Assembly: GCA_030429765.1 (NCBI GenBank)
Contig: JAUIER010000002.1
Coordinates: 194,239 to 258,238, forward strand
Source of the DNA: a bacterium
Lineage (GTDB): Bacteria > Omnitrophota > Gorgyraeia > Zapsychrales > Zapsychraceae
Direction of reading: 5' to 3'
Length of the DNA: 64,000 nucleotides
Part shown: piece by piece, positions 12,603 to 24,548 of the stretch
Layout of the letters: each line of letters starts with the position of its first letter
Numbering within the stretch: the stretch's first letter is position 1
Program-made: the position numbers and the translations under genes
Notes under the pieces: model-generated
Seen by the model: the letters and a program-made list of their open reading frames with translations, nothing else
What the model was told of the DNA's origin: nothing
The model's database searches: none

Positions 12603-15600
12603 TCAGCTTTTCTCTTTTTTGTCTTTAGATTTATCTAAAATTTTCGGTGTCGCGCCTTCCTGAGCACCAACTCGAACCATCTTAATATCCAGACACAGCC
12701 CTTGGAGTTCCTTCACAAGAACATTGAACGATTCAGGCGTACCAGGTGTCAGTTTTTGCTGACCTTTGACAATGGCTTCGTACATACGGCTTCGACCCGT
12801 GACATCGTCACTCTTGACCGTCAGCATTTCCTGAAGTGTATACGCCGCACCGTATGCTTCTAGCGCCCATACCTCCATCTCACCAAAACGCTGTCCACCA
12901 AAATGAGCCTTACCACCCAGTGGCTGTTGCGTAACCAACGAGTATGGACCGATCGATCGAGCGTGAATCTTTTCATCAACAAGGTGATTTAGCTTCAACA
13001 TGTAGATGATCCCGACCGTGACCTTTTGGTCAAACGGTTGCCCGGTATAACCGTCAAATACCGTGGTTTTTCCGTCTTCCGGTAAACCTGCTTCAGCTAA
13101 AGTCGAACGAATTTCGTCTTCGCTAGCGCCGTTAAATACAGGTGTTTCCGAGTAGAAGCCCAATGCCCGTGCAGCCCATCCAAGATGTGTCTCAAGCAAC
13201 TGCCCCACATTCATTCGAGAAGGCACACCCAATGGATTTAACACGATATCAACAGACGATCCATCCTCCAAGAATGGCATGTCTTGCTCGGGAAGAATAC
13301 GAGATACAATCCCTTTGTTTCCGTGACGACCGGCCATCTTGTCACCTTCTGACAGCTTACGCTTGGTTGCCACGTAAACGATAACTCGCTTTAACACACC
13401 GGCTGGAAGCTCATCTCCACGCTTGACGCGCTCGATCTCATTAAGCTCTTCTTCTTCCAACTCAGCCATTTTGTCACGATCAAAACGTAAAACTTCATAT
13501 TCGTCTGATTCGTCATCAAAATCACTCATTTTGAGTTTACTAATCTTGCTCTTGGCCACACCAAGCGCTAGTAATTTCTTTTCCTTCTCTTCCGCCTGGA
13601 ATTCACGCTCCTGGGCGTAGTAAGCTTTGATTTTCTCAATTGCTTCCGTTTCTTTGGCCTTGTCAACTTTACTCTTGCGGCCGCGTTCGTTACGCTGGAA
13701 AATCTCTGTGTTGACAACAACACCTTCAATCCCGGGCGATAAAGTAAGCGATGTATCACGAATGTCAGCCGCTTTTTCCCCGAAAATAGCCCGTAGCAAA
13801 CGCTCTTCAGGCGATAACTCTTTTTCACTTTTAGGTGTAACCTTACCGACGAGAATGTCACCGGACTTGACTTCGGCACCAATACGGATAATCCCATCCT
13901 CGTTAAGGTTGTTGAGTGAATCTTCGCTCACATTTGGAATATCTCGCGTGATTTCTTCATTACCCAGACGCGTCTCGCGACATTCAACTTCAAATTTTTC
14001 GACATGAATGGACGTAAAAACATCATCCCGAACAATACGTTCATTGATTAGAATCGCATCCTCAAAGTTGTAGCCTCGCCATGGCATGAATGCGACCAAA
14101 ACGTTTCGCCCCAGTGACAATCGACCATGCTGCGTACCAATACCGTCAGCGATAGTCTGCCCCGCCTTGACTTTCTCACCGATACCGACAAGAGGGCGCT
14201 GATGAATACACGTATTAGCATTCGTTCGTTGATAATTTTTTAGTGGGTATACTGTTTTGTCGATGACAATCTCGGAAGCGTCAACTTTGGTTACCGTGCC
14301 GCTTTCTTTCGCTAGTACGACAACACCTGAATCACGTGCTACCTTGCCTTCCATACCTGTTCCGACTCGTGGCACTTCTGGACACATAAGCGGAACGGCT
14401 TGGCGCTGCATGTTTGACCCCATCAAAGCACGGTTCGCGTCGTCGTGCTCAAGAAACGGAATCAAGGAAGCCGCTACCGACACGATCTGCTTCGGGGACA
14501 CATCCATGTACCCGATATCCTTGGGCCTGACGCGTGGAAAATCAGTCTTATATCTGCACAGAACATCCTCCGTCTCAAAGGCTCCATCCTCCGCCACAGG
14601 CGCGTTGGCCTGCGCTACGTACTCGCCCTGATCCATATCAGCCGTCAAATATTCAATCTTTTTGGACACCTTCCCATCGACAACTTTTCGGTAAGGTGTT
14701 TCAATGAATCCAAGATCGTTGACCCGCGCGCAGTTGGTAAGGGAGGCGATCAACCCAATGTTTGGACCTTCCGGAGTCTCAATTGGACACACACGACCAT
14801 AGTGAGTAGGATGCACGTCACGAACCTCAAAACCAGCCCGCTCGCGTGACAAACCTCCTGGTCCAAGCGCGGATAGACGGCGCTTGTGTGTCATTTCAGA
14901 CAGTGGATTGACCTGGTCCATAAACTGGGACAACTGGCTTCTGGCAAAGAAATCCTGAATTTGATTTGAAAACAATCGTGAATTGATTAAATGGTGTGCG
15001 GTTAGGTTCTCGAAATTGGTCATAACAACCAGACGCTCTTTGATTGAACGCTCTAATCGAGCCAGACCGATACGAACCTGATTTTGGACAAGCTCCCCAA
15101 CGGTCTTAATACGTCGGTTTCCAAGGTGATCGATATCATCTGTTTCCCCTCGACCTTCACGGAGTCCAACTAAATACCGCATGACTTCGGCGACAGTTCC
15201 GATGTCCAAGACTCGGTTATCCAGCGGAATGTCCATACCTAACTTACGATTGATAATGTGTCGACCGACTTTACTCAAGTCGTATCTTTTTGGCTCGAAG
15301 AACAATCGGAAGAACAGATTATCGGCAACTTCCACCGTGGCCGGCTCAGTTGGCCGCATCTTACGGTAGAAATCAAGCAACGCTTCTTCCTTGGTTTCGG
15401 TATGATCTTTCTCCAACGTCGCTTCCAGATACTTGAAGTCATCACCTAGAAGTTGCTGCATTTCGTCGGTCGTCGAGAGCCCCATAATCCTCAAAATCTG
15501 AGTTGCCGGAAAATTTCGACGTCGATCAATGTATGCCAATAAGACATTATTCAAATCATACTTGATCTCAAACCATGCGCCTCGGGACGGAATAATACGC

Positions 15601-16079
15601 CCGTGATACAAGGCCTTACCGGTTGGATGCATCTCAACCTCAAAAGAAACACCCGGCGGTCGCTGAATTTGCGAAACTACGACCCGCTCATCACCGTTGA
15701 TGATAAACGTTCCGGTGTCCGTCATCAGCGGAAAATCACCGAAGTAAACTTCCTGCTCCTTGATATCGACCGGTGTAATCAGCCTTAGTTTGACCTTCAA
15801 TGGAGCAGAAAATGTCATACCCCGACGCTTACATTCGATCGAGGAGTATTTTTCTTTTCCAAGCGTATAGTTGATGTACTCAAGTTTGATTTGACCATCG
15901 TAACTTTCAAGTGGAAACACCTCGGCAAAAACTTCTTCCAATCCATGATCGTCCCTTTTGTCCGGTTCGACATATCGCTGAAGAAAATTTTCGTAGGCCA
16001 CCAATTGGATGTCCAGCAATTGAGGCAATTCGAAATTGTCTTGAAACTTACTGAAGTTTTTTATCGTTATTTTTTCCAT
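12603..16079 (-). CDS. rpoB: DNA-directed RNA polymerase subunit beta
   Basis: 1158 aa, beta-subunit motifs. There is a 2-nt gap to rpoC. Confidence 0.97.
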   Translation of the reverse strand: MEKITIKNFSKFQDNFELPQLLDIQLVAYENFLQRYVEPDKRDDHGLEEVFAEVFPLESYDGQIKLEYINYTLGKEKYSSIECKRRGMTFSAPLKVKLRLITPVDIKEQEVYFGDFPLMTDTGTFIINGDERVVVSQIQRPPGVSFEVEMHPTGKALYHGRIIPSRGAWFEIKYDLNNVLLAYIDRRRNFPATQILRIMGLSTTDEMQQLLGDDFKYLEATLEKDHTETKEEALLDFYRKMRPTEPATVEVADNLFFRLFFEPKRYDLSKVGRHIINRKLGMDIPLDNRVLDIGTVAEVMRYLVGLREGRGETDDIDHLGNRRIKTVGELVQNQVRIGLARLERSIKERLVVMTNFENLTAHHLINSRLFSNQIQDFFARSQLSQFMDQVNPLSEMTHKRRLSALGPGGLSRERAGFEVRDVHPTHYGRVCPIETPEGPNIGLIASLTNCARVNDLGFIETPYRKVVDGKVSKKIEYLTADMDQGEYVAQANAPVAEDGAFETEDVLCRYKTDFPRVRPKDIGYMDVSPKQIVSVAASLIPFLEHDDANRALMGSNMQRQAVPLMCPEVPRVGTGMEGKVARDSGVVVLAKESGTVTKVDASEIVIDKTVYPLKNYQRTNANTCIHQRPLVGIGEKVKAGQTIADGIGTQHGRLSLGRNVLVAFMPWRGYNFEDAILINERIVRDDVFTSIHVEKFEVECRETRLGNEEITRDIPNVSEDSLNNLNEDGIIRIGAEVKSGDILVGKVTPKSEKELSPEERLLRAIFGEKAADIRDTSLTLSPGIEGVVVNTEIFQRNERGRKSKVDKAKETEAIEKIKAYYAQEREFQAEEKEKKLLALGVAKSKISKLKMSDFDDESDEYEVLRFDRDKMAELEEEELNEIERVKRGDELPAGVLKRVIVYVATKRKLSEGDKMAGRHGNKGIVSRILPEQDMPFLEDGSSVDIVLNPLGVPSRMNVGQLLETHLGWAARALGFYSETPVFNGASEDEIRSTLAEAGLPEDGKTTVFDGYTGQPFDQKVTVGIIYMLKLNHLVDEKIHARSIGPYSLVTQQPLGGKAHFGGQRFGEMEVWALEAYGAAYTLQEMLTVKSDDVTGRSRMYEAIVKGQQKLTPGTPESFNVLVKELQGLCLDIKMVRVGAQEGATPKILDKSKDKKEKS

Positions 16080-16123
16080 GTATACTATACGCCCCGGTTA
16101 AAGGTTCATAAAAAGCAGACCGA

Positions 16124-16573
16124 TTACTTGATTTCGACTTTTGCTCCAGCAGCCTCAAGCTTCTTCTTAAGCTCTTCAGCTTCCTCTTTAGAAACACCTT
16201 CTTTAACCGCTTTTGGTGCAGCTTCAACTAGATCCTTAGCTTCTTTCAGCCCTAGACTTGTTGCGCCACGAACTTCTTTAATAACGGCAATCTTCTGTGC
16301 TCCAGCTTCCGCCAAAATAACATCGAATTCAGTCTTTTCTTCGGCCGCTTCACCGCCACCAGCGGCTCCACCTGCCATTGGCATCATCATTCCGCCAGCC
16401 ATTGGTGCTGCTGCCTGAATTCCCAATCGATCTTCCAATCCTTTAACTAGTTCAGATAGCTCAAGTGCAGTCAGACCCTCGATTGTCTTAGCGACTTCTT
16501 CCAATTTTGGTGAAAGCACAACGCTGTCTTTTTTATCTTCTGATTGTTCTGTCGCTGTATTCTCTTCAGCCAT
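16124..16573 (-). CDS. rplL: 50S ribosomal protein L7/L12, with an N-terminal extension of about 20 aa and a Met/Gly-rich hinge
   Basis: [14 protein letters not shown], then the hinge [26 protein letters not shown], then the CTD. A strong GGGAGG Shine-Dalgarno site precedes the ATG at 16573. Confidence 0.92.
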   Translation of the reverse strand: MAEENTATEQSEDKKDSVVLSPKLEEVAKTIEGLTALELSELVKGLEDRLGIQAAAPMAGGMMMPMAGGAAGGGEAAEEKTEFDVILAEAGAQKIAVIKEVRGATSLGLKEAKDLVEAAPKAVKEGVSKEEAEELKKKLEAAGAKVEIK

Positions 16574-16574
16574 T

Positions 16575-17105
16575 TTAATTTCCTCCCTTTTTCTCGCTGT
16601 ATTGTTTCAATATCGATAACAAATCGCGTGATTTTGCGTTTAAAGCCCCCGCTAATCGGGTTAGTGGAGCTTGAATTGTTCCTAATAGTGTGGATAGCAA
16701 AACTTCCCTTGGTGGTAAATCTGACAAGACCTTGACATCAGCATCTGCCAATACACGTCCATCCAACAGACCACCTTGAACGCTGACATTTTCCTTCTCC
16801 TTGGAAAATTCCACTAGAATTTTTGATACAGCCGCTGAATCCGCGCTTGTCCAAACAAAAGCTGTTTGGCTCGCTACTCGGTCAGCGAGAGCATCGTGTC
16901 CCAGCTCCTTGAGCGCATTCTCCGCAATTGAATTCTTGGAGACAAACATTGACGCTCCGGCCTTTTTCAAATCTTTTCGCAAATCACTTAAGACCAATCC
17001 AGACAAATTCGAAAAACTGACAACGAAAACACCTTCGTTGGTTTCGATCGCGTCTTTGATCCGGTTATTAAACTGCGTTCGGTATATTTTTCCTACTGTT
17101 GTCAT
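16575..17105 (-). CDS. rplJ: 50S ribosomal protein L10
   Basis: 176 aa, positioned between rplA and rplL. Confidence 0.9.
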   Translation of the reverse strand: MTTVGKIYRTQFNNRIKDAIETNEGVFVVSFSNLSGLVLSDLRKDLKKAGASMFVSKNSIAENALKELGHDALADRVASQTAFVWTSADSAAVSKILVEFSKEKENVSVQGGLLDGRVLADADVKVLSDLPPREVLLSTLLGTIQAPLTRLAGALNAKSRDLLSILKQYSEKKGGN

Positions 17106-17782
17106 AGCGCCACCTTTAAACCCGGCCCCATCGTCGTCGATAAAGAAACCGACTTGATCAGATTACCCTTTAGTGAAACCGGCTTAGCCTGATTAATTGC
17201 ATCCAATAGCGTTTGGATGTTCTCTTTGATTTTATCCTTCGAAAACGACCGCTTTCCGACACCTACATGTATCCCTGCCTGCTTGTCCGATTTGAATTCG
17301 ATCTTTCCGGCCTTCACATCCGCAATCGCCTTTTCGATATCTGTCGTTACGGTTCCCGCCTTTGGCGTTGGCATAAGTCCGCGAGGGCCCAAAACCTTAC
17401 CCAGCTTGCTTAAATCCCGCATCATATCCGGAGACGCGATAACCACATCAAAATCCAAAAATCCTTTGGAAACTTTGTCGATCAGTTCCGTGGAACCGAC
17501 ATAATCGGCCCCCGCCTCTTTGGCCTTGCTTTCCATCTCGCCTTTGCAGAACACGGCGATTCGGACCGTCTTACCAATCCCGTGCGGAAGAACAACAGTC
17601 CCTCGAACGATTTGATCCGATGACTTGGGATTAACTGTTAATGCAAAGTGCAATTCAACAGATTCATCAAACTTTACTTTTGGAAATTTCTCAATACTAC
17701 CGATCGCCTCATCCAATGAGTATACTTTTTCGGCATCAAACAGCTTGCGAGCTTCTTTCATTCGTTTGCTTGTATGTCCCAT
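17102..17782 (-). CDS. rplA: 50S ribosomal protein L1
   Basis: 226 aa, L1-like. Confidence 0.92.
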   Translation of the reverse strand: MGHTSKRMKEARKLFDAEKVYSLDEAIGSIEKFPKVKFDESVELHFALTVNPKSSDQIVRGTVVLPHGIGKTVRIAVFCKGEMESKAKEAGADYVGSTELIDKVSKGFLDFDVVIASPDMMRDLSKLGKVLGPRGLMPTPKAGTVTTDIEKAIADVKAGKIEFKSDKQAGIHVGVGKRSFSKDKIKENIQTLLDAINQAKPVSLKGNLIKSVSLSTTMGPGLKVAL

Positions 17783-18207
17783 TATTCCTTCACCTCAATT
17801 CCCATGCTACGGGCGGTTCCCATAATCGTTTTGATCGCCTCGTCAAGATTTTCAGTATTTAAATCTTCCATTTTGGTTTTGGCAATTTCCTTGATCTGCG
17901 CCATATCCAGAGACCCGATCATTTCTTTGCCAGCCATGCCTGAGGCCTTGGCCAGATTCGCAGCCTTCTTCAACAAAACTGAACTCGGAGGGGTCTTGAT
18001 GATAAAGTCAAATGATTTGTCCTTGTACACCGAGATGACCGCCGGCAAGATTAAACCTTCCCTGCCTTTGGTTTTTTCATTGAACGCCTTGCAGAACCCC
18101 ATGATGTTAACACCATGCTGACCCAGCGCCGGACCTACTGGCGGTGCCGGATTGGCCTGCCCTGCCGGAACGTATAACTTTATTTGCGCAACAACTTCCT
18201 TAGCCAT
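17782..18207 (-). CDS. rplK: 50S ribosomal protein L11
   Basis: 141 aa; [34 protein letters not shown]. Confidence 0.92.
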   Translation of the reverse strand: MAKEVVAQIKLYVPAGQANPAPPVGPALGQHGVNIMGFCKAFNEKTKGREGLILPAVISVYKDKSFDFIIKTPPSSVLLKKAANLAKASGMAGKEMIGSLDMAQIKEIAKTKMEDLNTENLDEAIKTIMGTARSMGIEVKE

Positions 18208-18255
18208 AACATTAACTCCAAATTAACAATCCGTCACATGACGGCTTCATTGACC

Positions 18256-18789
18256 TTATAACTTTTCAACCTGCCAATATTCCAGCTCTACCAGTGTAGA
18301 ACGTCCGAATATGGATACGCTGACTTTGAGTTTTCCGCGGTCGGGATAGACATCGGTGACCGCTCCATTGAAATTCGCGAATGGCCCCTGGGCAATTCTG
18401 ATAGACTCGCCGATCTCAAACGTTGTTTTCGGCATCGGCTTGACTTCGGTATCTTCTGTTCGCTGCAAAATGCGCTTTACTTCATCTTCGGTGATCGGTG
18501 CCGGCTTTCGTCCTGGACCAATAAATCCGGTAATTCCTGGTGTCGTTTTGACCAGATACCAACTTTCCTTGCTCATGTCCATCTTGATCAAGATGTAACC
18601 CGGAAAAAACTTTCGGGATGTAATTCGTTTTTTACCGGACCGAACTTCGGAAACCTGCTCTGTCGGAACGACGATTTCTTCGACATATTTTTTCAAATCT
18701 GTCGAGGCCATCTTGCTTTCAAGTCCCGCTCTAGCCTTCTCTTCGGAACCAGTTTGTGTATGGATAACGTACCACTTCATTTCGCTCAT
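18256..18789 (-). CDS. nusG: transcription termination/antitermination factor NusG
   Basis: 177 aa with NGN and KOW domains (KWYVIHTQTGSEEKA...). Confidence 0.9.
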   Translation of the reverse strand: MSEMKWYVIHTQTGSEEKARAGLESKMASTDLKKYVEEIVVPTEQVSEVRSGKKRITSRKFFPGYILIKMDMSKESWYLVKTTPGITGFIGPGRKPAPITEDEVKRILQRTEDTEVKPMPKTTFEIGESIRIAQGPFANFNGAVTDVYPDRGKLKVSVSIFGRSTLVELEYWQVEKL

Positions 18790-18796
18790 AAGTCGA

Positions 18797-18982
18797 TTAC
18801 CTGATAATGATTCCTAGCAACTTTGAAAGAACAAAATCACATGCGGCGATGAAGCAGCCCAGGAATGCTGAACTGATAATAACCACATACGTTGCGTCCC
18901 AAAGATCTTTTTTGGTGGTCCATGAAACTTTTTTGAGTTCGACAACTACTTCGCTAATAAATTTTTTGATTTTTCCAAACAT
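18797..18982 (-). CDS. secE: preprotein translocase subunit SecE
   Basis: 61 aa with a single TM segment, in the conserved position upstream of nusG. Confidence 0.8.
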   Translation of the reverse strand: MFGKIKKFISEVVVELKKVSWTTKKDLWDATYVVIISSAFLGCFIAACDFVLSKLLGIIIR

Positions 18983-19035
18983 AACGTGATTACCGAGTTT
19001 TGTTGATTTTTAGGACACCACTGTATTTTAAAAAA

Positions 19036-19109
<74 letters not shown>

Positions 19110-19129
19110 AAAGCCTTTCGACTCCAAAT

Positions 19130-19300
19130 CTACTTCTTCACTTCACGGTGCAGCGTATGCTTTCGCAAATGCGGACAATACTTTTTCAGCTCCAGACGCT
19201 CCGGGTGCTTTTTTTTGTCCTTCTTAGTCGTGTAGTTGATGCGACCGGATTCTTCGCACTTAAGCAAAATTGTTTCTCGGTTGTTTTTTTTCTTTGCCAT
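19130..19300 (-). CDS. rpmG: 50S ribosomal protein L33
   Basis: This gene is not in the ORF track. My own translation gives [56 protein letters not shown], 56 aa. It has the L33 pattern YTT.K...PE.LEL.KY.P..RKH and sits in the classical position between the tRNAs and secE. Confidence 0.75.
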   Translation of the reverse strand: MAKKKNNRETILLKCEESGRINYTTKKDKKKHPERLELKKYCPHLRKHTLHREVKK

Positions 19301-19334
19301 CGGAATAACCTATACTTGAAATCTTTTTAATTTA

Positions 19335-19407
19335 AGCCCCCGACCGGACTTGAACCGGAGACCTCGTCCTTACCAAGGACGTGCTCTACCAACTGAGCTA
19401 CAGGGGC
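19335..19407 (-). tRNA. tRNA-Thr (anticodon GGU)
   Basis: Minus-strand cloverleaf: acceptor GCCCCUG/CGGGGGC, anticodon loop UUGGUAA, T-loop UUCAAGU. Confidence 0.8.
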
Positions 19408-19570
19408 AGACCTTTATTCTCAATTTTGTTGACAGAAATTATACATAGTTGATCAATTATATATAATAAGTAATCAAGTATATATATTTTTATTGGTTTG
19501 TCAAGTTTTTTATTTAAACTATAGTTTTGCTAACTAATACGTAATTCAATCACTTACAACTTTTGGCTAT

Positions 19571-20740
19571 TTATGATAATTCCAAAAAACGCCGTTTGCC
19601 AATCTTTAGGACTCCAGGTCGCAATTCCCAATTCTCATCTTCTAACTTATTGCCATCAAATGAGATAGCGCCTTGTTGCAGTAACCGTCTCACCTCTTTC
19701 TTAGAAGACACCATCTTACAATCTGTCAGCACAGTCAAAATATTCGCACCGTCCTTCAGATCACTTAGCCGGCACACCGGCATATTCTCCGGGGTCTGGT
19801 GCTGACTAAAAACCTTTTCAAAACCCTGTCGCGCCGAGAGAGCCGCAGCCTCATCATGAAACTGCTGAACAATCTGCCCGGCCAATTGGAGCTTGGCCTC
19901 TTTGGGATGCAAATCCTTAACTGAATCCAGATCGGTATCTGTCAAATACTCGTAGTACTTCATCATTAGTTCATCACTGATCGACATCACTTTGCCAAAT
20001 ATCTCGTCGGGAGACTCATTAATACCGATGTAATTGTCCAACGACTTACTCATCTTTTTGACGCCGTCTGTTCCTTCAAGAAGCGGGGTCATCATCACAA
20101 CCTGCGGATTTTGGGACAAATTTTCTTGCATTTGGCGCCCCATCAACAGATTAAATTTCTGATCATTGCCCCCCAACTCGACATCGGCTTTAAGATGCAC
20201 CGAGTCGTACCCCTGGAGCAACGGATATAAAAATTCCAGGATACTGATCTCCTTACCGTCATCGTATCTTTTCTTAAAATCCGCTCGGGCCAACATCTGA
20301 GCGACGGTCGCATGTGTAGTCAGTTCGACCACTTGTTGAGACGAAAGTCCATCTAACCATTGGCTGTTAAAGACGACGCGCGTCTTGGTCTCATCCAGAA
20401 TCTTGAACACTTGCTGCTTGTACGTCTTGGCATTTTCCTCTATCTCACTACGGTCTAATTGCTTACGAAGTTTATCGCGCCCTGTCGGATCACCGATTTG
20501 AGCGGTAAAATCACCGATCAGAAAGTGCACTGTATGACCTAAATCCTGAAATTGCCTAAGTTTTCGAAGCAAAACCACATGGCCTAGATGGATATCGGGG
20601 GCCGTAGGATCGAAGCCGGCCTTGATGATGAGTGGCTGACCCGTTTCCTGACTCTTGATGAGCTTTTTCTTAAGACTTTCGGTGTTGATAATTTCGGTGG
20701 TGCCGCGGGATAGAATTTTGAGGATGTCTGGAATTGACAT
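19571..20740 (-). CDS. tyrS: tyrosine--tRNA ligase
   Basis: Class I HIGH motif (PDIHLGHVV), KMSKS, and a C-terminal S4-like domain. I prefer the ATG at 20740 (MSIPDILKILSRG). The track's longer GTG start at 20773 would run into the rpsA terminator hairpin. Confidence 0.88.
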   Translation of the reverse strand: MSIPDILKILSRGTTEIINTESLKKKLIKSQETGQPLIIKAGFDPTAPDIHLGHVVLLRKLRQFQDLGHTVHFLIGDFTAQIGDPTGRDKLRKQLDRSEIEENAKTYKQQVFKILDETKTRVVFNSQWLDGLSSQQVVELTTHATVAQMLARADFKKRYDDGKEISILEFLYPLLQGYDSVHLKADVELGGNDQKFNLLMGRQMQENLSQNPQVVMMTPLLEGTDGVKKMSKSLDNYIGINESPDEIFGKVMSISDELMMKYYEYLTDTDLDSVKDLHPKEAKLQLAGQIVQQFHDEAAALSARQGFEKVFSQHQTPENMPVCRLSDLKDGANILTVLTDCKMVSSKKEVRRLLQQGAISFDGNKLEDENWELRPGVLKIGKRRFLELS

Positions 20741-20761
20741 AATACGATTGGGTGTGGGTTT

Positions 20762-20802
20762 AAAAAATGGCACCCTTCCCCTATATAAAGGGAAAGAGTG
20801 CC
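20762..20802 (-). terminator. rho-independent terminator downstream of rpsA
   Basis: On the minus strand this reads GGCACUCUUUCCC-loop-GGGAAGGGUGCC followed by UUUUUU; the plus strand shows aaaaaa at 20762-20767. Confidence 0.5.
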
Positions 20803-20823
20803 ATGTATACTGAAGCGTGAGCC

Positions 20824-22371
20824 TTAGATTTTAGCGCTTACGCCAATTTTCATTTGATCGACGTCGACCTTGATGATCTTGATACGTAATTTGTCACCTG
20901 GTTGCAACGCGTCAGCCTTTTCTTTGTCAATCTCCGACGAGTAGACCAGAGCTTCAACCTCGTCGTCTAATTTGACGAATACACCAAAGTTGGAGTTCAA
21001 CACAACCTCGGCATCCATTTCTGTATCAACCGGATACTTCTCCGCAATTGACGGCCATGGATTTTCAGATAATTGCTTGAGCCCGAGATTGATCTTTCGA
21101 TTGTCTGGATCTACGGCGAGGACAACGACCTCAACCTCCTGACCTTTTTCAAGGACATCTTGAGGATGATTTATCTTTCGTGTCCAGGACATGTCAGAGA
21201 TGTGGATCATTCCCTCTAAGCCTGAAGAAAGCTCCACAAAGGCACCATAATCGGTGAATCCGCGGACACTTCCCTTAACACTCGAATTGACCTTGTATTG
21301 ACCGACAGCGTCCTGCCAAGGATTTTCTTCCAACTGCTTCATACTCAATGAGATACGCTTGGAATCCTTGTCGACATTGATAATTTGCACATCAATCTCG
21401 TCACCAACTTTGAACATTTCCTGCGGATTGACAAGCTTTTTCTGCCAGGTGATTTCAGAAGAGTGAAGCAAACCTTCGATTCCCTTCTCAATTTCAACGA
21501 AAACCCCATATGGCATCACATTAACAACTCGCCCCTTGGTCCGCGTACCCGTAGGGTACTTTTCGTATATATCGTCCCATGGGTTAGAGACAATCTGCTT
21601 AAGCCCCAAGGAAACCTTGGAACCGCTTTGATCATAATCTAGAATCAAGACTTCGATCTTGTCACCAATGCTGACAATTTCAGACGGATGATTAATGCGA
21701 GTCCAACTCATGTCTGTGATATGAAGTAGTCCGTCCACACCGCCAAGGTCAATAAATGCCCCAAAGTCTGTAATTCCTTTAACAGTCCCGGTACGTTTTT
21801 GCCCTTTCTCGAGTTCGCCCCACAGTTTATCCCGAACCATGTCACGTTCTTTCTGAACCACTTCCCGTCTGGAAAGGATCAGATTCCGGCGAGCCTTGTT
21901 GAGTTTGGCAACCGTAAATGTATATTTGTTAGCCATAATCTCTTCAGCTGGAACTCCTTTGAACGCTGACAGAGACATAGGTAAGAAAGCTTCAACACCC
22001 TGAATGTCGACGATAAAACCACCTTTGACCTGTTTTACGATACGACCTTCAATTTGATCCCCTTCATTGATGGAGTCACCGATCTTCATCCATCCGCGAA
22101 GCTTCTCAGCTTTCAAGCGTGACAGAATCAATCGACCGTCGTCGTCCTCAATGGACTCAATTAACACATCAATTTCGGTATCCACCTCTAGATTTTCGAC
22201 ATTTCTAAACTCTTCAACCGACACAAAACCTTCGGATTTGAAACCGATGTCGACCACGGCTTCCTTTTCGTTGAAGGCTACAACCGTACCTTTGACGATT
22301 TCACCTTCCTTAATGTCGCGAAATGTATTTTGGTACATTTCCTCCATTAATGCTTGTTTGTTTTCACTCAT
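20824..22371 (-). CDS. rpsA: 30S ribosomal protein S1
   Basis: 515 aa with repeated S1 domains. Confidence 0.9.
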   Translation of the reverse strand: MSENKQALMEEMYQNTFRDIKEGEIVKGTVVAFNEKEAVVDIGFKSEGFVSVEEFRNVENLEVDTEIDVLIESIEDDDGRLILSRLKAEKLRGWMKIGDSINEGDQIEGRIVKQVKGGFIVDIQGVEAFLPMSLSAFKGVPAEEIMANKYTFTVAKLNKARRNLILSRREVVQKERDMVRDKLWGELEKGQKRTGTVKGITDFGAFIDLGGVDGLLHITDMSWTRINHPSEIVSIGDKIEVLILDYDQSGSKVSLGLKQIVSNPWDDIYEKYPTGTRTKGRVVNVMPYGVFVEIEKGIEGLLHSSEITWQKKLVNPQEMFKVGDEIDVQIINVDKDSKRISLSMKQLEENPWQDAVGQYKVNSSVKGSVRGFTDYGAFVELSSGLEGMIHISDMSWTRKINHPQDVLEKGQEVEVVVLAVDPDNRKINLGLKQLSENPWPSIAEKYPVDTEMDAEVVLNSNFGVFVKLDDEVEALVYSSEIDKEKADALQPGDKLRIKIIKVDVDQMKIGVSAKI

Positions 22372-22509
22372 TCGAATGACCTCTCTTTTTTTATTTTTTC
22401 AGACGTAAATACATACAGTTTCCATGCACTTATACGCCTGAAGATAGACATTATCCCAAAATAGTTTAATTTGTCAAACAAAAATTATCCGGCTAGAGGT
22501 GAGAAAATA

Positions 22510-23094
22510 CTACGGGGCGAGGCTGTAAATCGATTTAAGAATTTTCTGGGAAATTTCGGGATATTTTTGATCGCGATTGATGGCGATCGGAGCCCCAATC
22601 TTGACCCGAACGGGATGAAACTTGAACCACTTGGCCCCGTTAGGCAGTGCCCCATCCGAACCTTCAATGTAGGCCGGAATCACGGCCACACCACTCTTTT
22701 GAGCAATGAATCCCACGCCCGGATTGGCCTTTTTCTGCCGATTGCCGGCACCTCTGGTGCCTTCAGGGAACAATATGAGGGGAATACCGCCTTTTAGACG
22801 CCTCAGCGCCTCCCGGAGCGCCCCGAAATCCGAAGCCCCCCGCTTGATCGGGAACGCGCCCATCCCGCGAAAGAGAAAATTCATGAGCGGCTTCTTGAAT
22901 AGCTCTTCCTTGGCCAAAAAACTGAACCTACGCGGTCGACAAATACCTACGACAAACGGATCCAGGTTACTCACATGATTGCAAACCAGTATAAACGGCT
23001 TACCGGCCGGCAAATGTTCAACGCCCACAAATTTGGTACGGAAATAGATCAAATCCACAATCCGCATGAGCACGTAACATGGCCAGTAAATCAT
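22510..23094 (-). CDS. plsC: 1-acyl-sn-glycerol-3-phosphate acyltransferase
   Basis: NHVSNLDP (HX4D) and FPEGTR motifs. Confidence 0.8.
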   Translation of the reverse strand: MIYWPCYVLMRIVDLIYFRTKFVGVEHLPAGKPFILVCNHVSNLDPFVVGICRPRRFSFLAKEELFKKPLMNFLFRGMGAFPIKRGASDFGALREALRRLKGGIPLILFPEGTRGAGNRQKKANPGVGFIAQKSGVAVIPAYIEGSDGALPNGAKWFKFHPVRVKIGAPIAINRDQKYPEISQKILKSIYSLAP

Positions 23095-23097
23095 AGG

Positions 23098-24525
23098 CTA
23101 TTTTCCGCTGAGAAATTCCTTACCAAGCTTGATGAGATCCCGGGCCTTCTTCAGCGATTTCGCCTCAGAATACGCGCGCACCATCGGTTCTGTCCCCGAA
23201 GGACGCAGCATCAGCCAGCTTTCATCTTCACAGATAAGCTTGACCCCATCCTCGGACTTAACCTCGACAACCTTCTTACCGAGGAGACTGGGAACCTGCA
23301 TGAACTTTTCCTTATCGAACTTGAACCCATCCTTCAAATCGATCCCGGAGCGCTCGTAGTAGTACCGGCCGAACTCCTTTTCCATATCATTCAGCAGCTG
23401 CTTGATATTCTTGTTTTCGTAAACCATCATTTCCAGCAGCAATAGCCCCGCCAACGTCCCGTCCCGCTCTGGGATATAATCCTGAACCCCGATTCCACCG
23501 GCTTCTTCCCCGCCGGCGACAATTTCCTCAGTCACCATCAAGTCTGAGATGTATTTAAATCCCACCGCCGTCTCGTATAGCTTAAGATCCAGTTTATTGG
23601 CGATATGATCGATCATCGTCGTTCCGCACGTGGTTTTGACGACTCCGCCTTTGCGCCCACGATTGCGAACCAAATGAAGGATAACCAACCCCAATATCTT
23701 CTGCGGACTGATGTACTCTCCACCGGGTGCCGCCGCCGCGATTCGATCCGCATCACCGTCAAGAACCAGCCCAAGATCGAAATCCTCCGTCTTCATCTTT
23801 CTCAAAAGTTCCGGCAAATACTCAGCTATCGGTTCGGGTTTGACGCCCCCGAATGACGGATTGACATCATTATGCAGGTATTCCAGTTCAATCTGACTCC
23901 CCTTTATAACGTCCTGGAGAATGTCCCTCCCTGATCCGTACATCACATCCTGAATCACCTTGAACTTCGACTGCTTGATTCGCTTAAGATCAATGTACTT
24001 CTTCATGAATTTCTTATAGGCGATATTGAAGTTCTTAAACTGAATCATCCCTTCGTTCACCAGCTTTTCAAAATCGGCTTCCGGCACTGGCGATTTGCCT
24101 AAATATTTCTCGACGATATTGGTGATCTCCTCGGACGCGCCTCCGCCTTGGTCTGTCTTGATCTTGATTCCATTAAACTTGGCCGGATTATGGCTGGCGG
24201 TGATCATAACACCGCACACCCCCTTGATATCGACCACACCATAACTTAACGAAGGCGTTGGCAGGGCCCGATCGGAAAAAACCACTTCAATCCCATTTGC
24301 GGCCAAAACAGCCGCCACGGCCTGCGAAAACTCCAACCCCAAAAACCGAGCGTCATACCCCAAAGCCACACGTTTGGTTCCGTCCCGCTCGCTTAAATCC
24401 TTGTTGATCCAGTCACTCATCGCCTGAGCAACGATCCGGACATTTTCAAATGTAAAGTTGTCGGCAATCACCCCTCGCCAACCATCTGTCCCGAATTTGA
24501 TCTGCTTTCGAATATTTTTTTTCAT
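23098..24525 (-). CDS. phosphomannomutase/phosphoglucomutase (alpha-D-phosphohexomutase family)
   Basis: FGTDGWRG N-terminus and the TASHNP active-site serine loop; 475 aa. Confidence 0.8.
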   Translation of the reverse strand: MKKNIRKQIKFGTDGWRGVIADNFTFENVRIVAQAMSDWINKDLSERDGTKRVALGYDARFLGLEFSQAVAAVLAANGIEVVFSDRALPTPSLSYGVVDIKGVCGVMITASHNPAKFNGIKIKTDQGGGASEEITNIVEKYLGKSPVPEADFEKLVNEGMIQFKNFNIAYKKFMKKYIDLKRIKQSKFKVIQDVMYGSGRDILQDVIKGSQIELEYLHNDVNPSFGGVKPEPIAEYLPELLRKMKTEDFDLGLVLDGDADRIAAAAPGGEYISPQKILGLVILHLVRNRGRKGGVVKTTCGTTMIDHIANKLDLKLYETAVGFKYISDLMVTEEIVAGGEEAGGIGVQDYIPERDGTLAGLLLLEMMVYENKNIKQLLNDMEKEFGRYYYERSGIDLKDGFKFDKEKFMQVPSLLGKKVVEVKSEDGVKLICEDESWLMLRPSGTEPMVRAYSEAKSLKKARDLIKLGKEFLSGK

Positions 24526-24548
24526 AGGTTTCCTCTGCGTTAACCGAA

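Noticed and set aside
19408-19570. AT-rich region beside the tRNA genes as a possible integration site or mobile-element scar
   Set aside because: There is no integrase, no direct repeats of the tRNA 3' end, and no cargo genes. It is most simply a promoter region.
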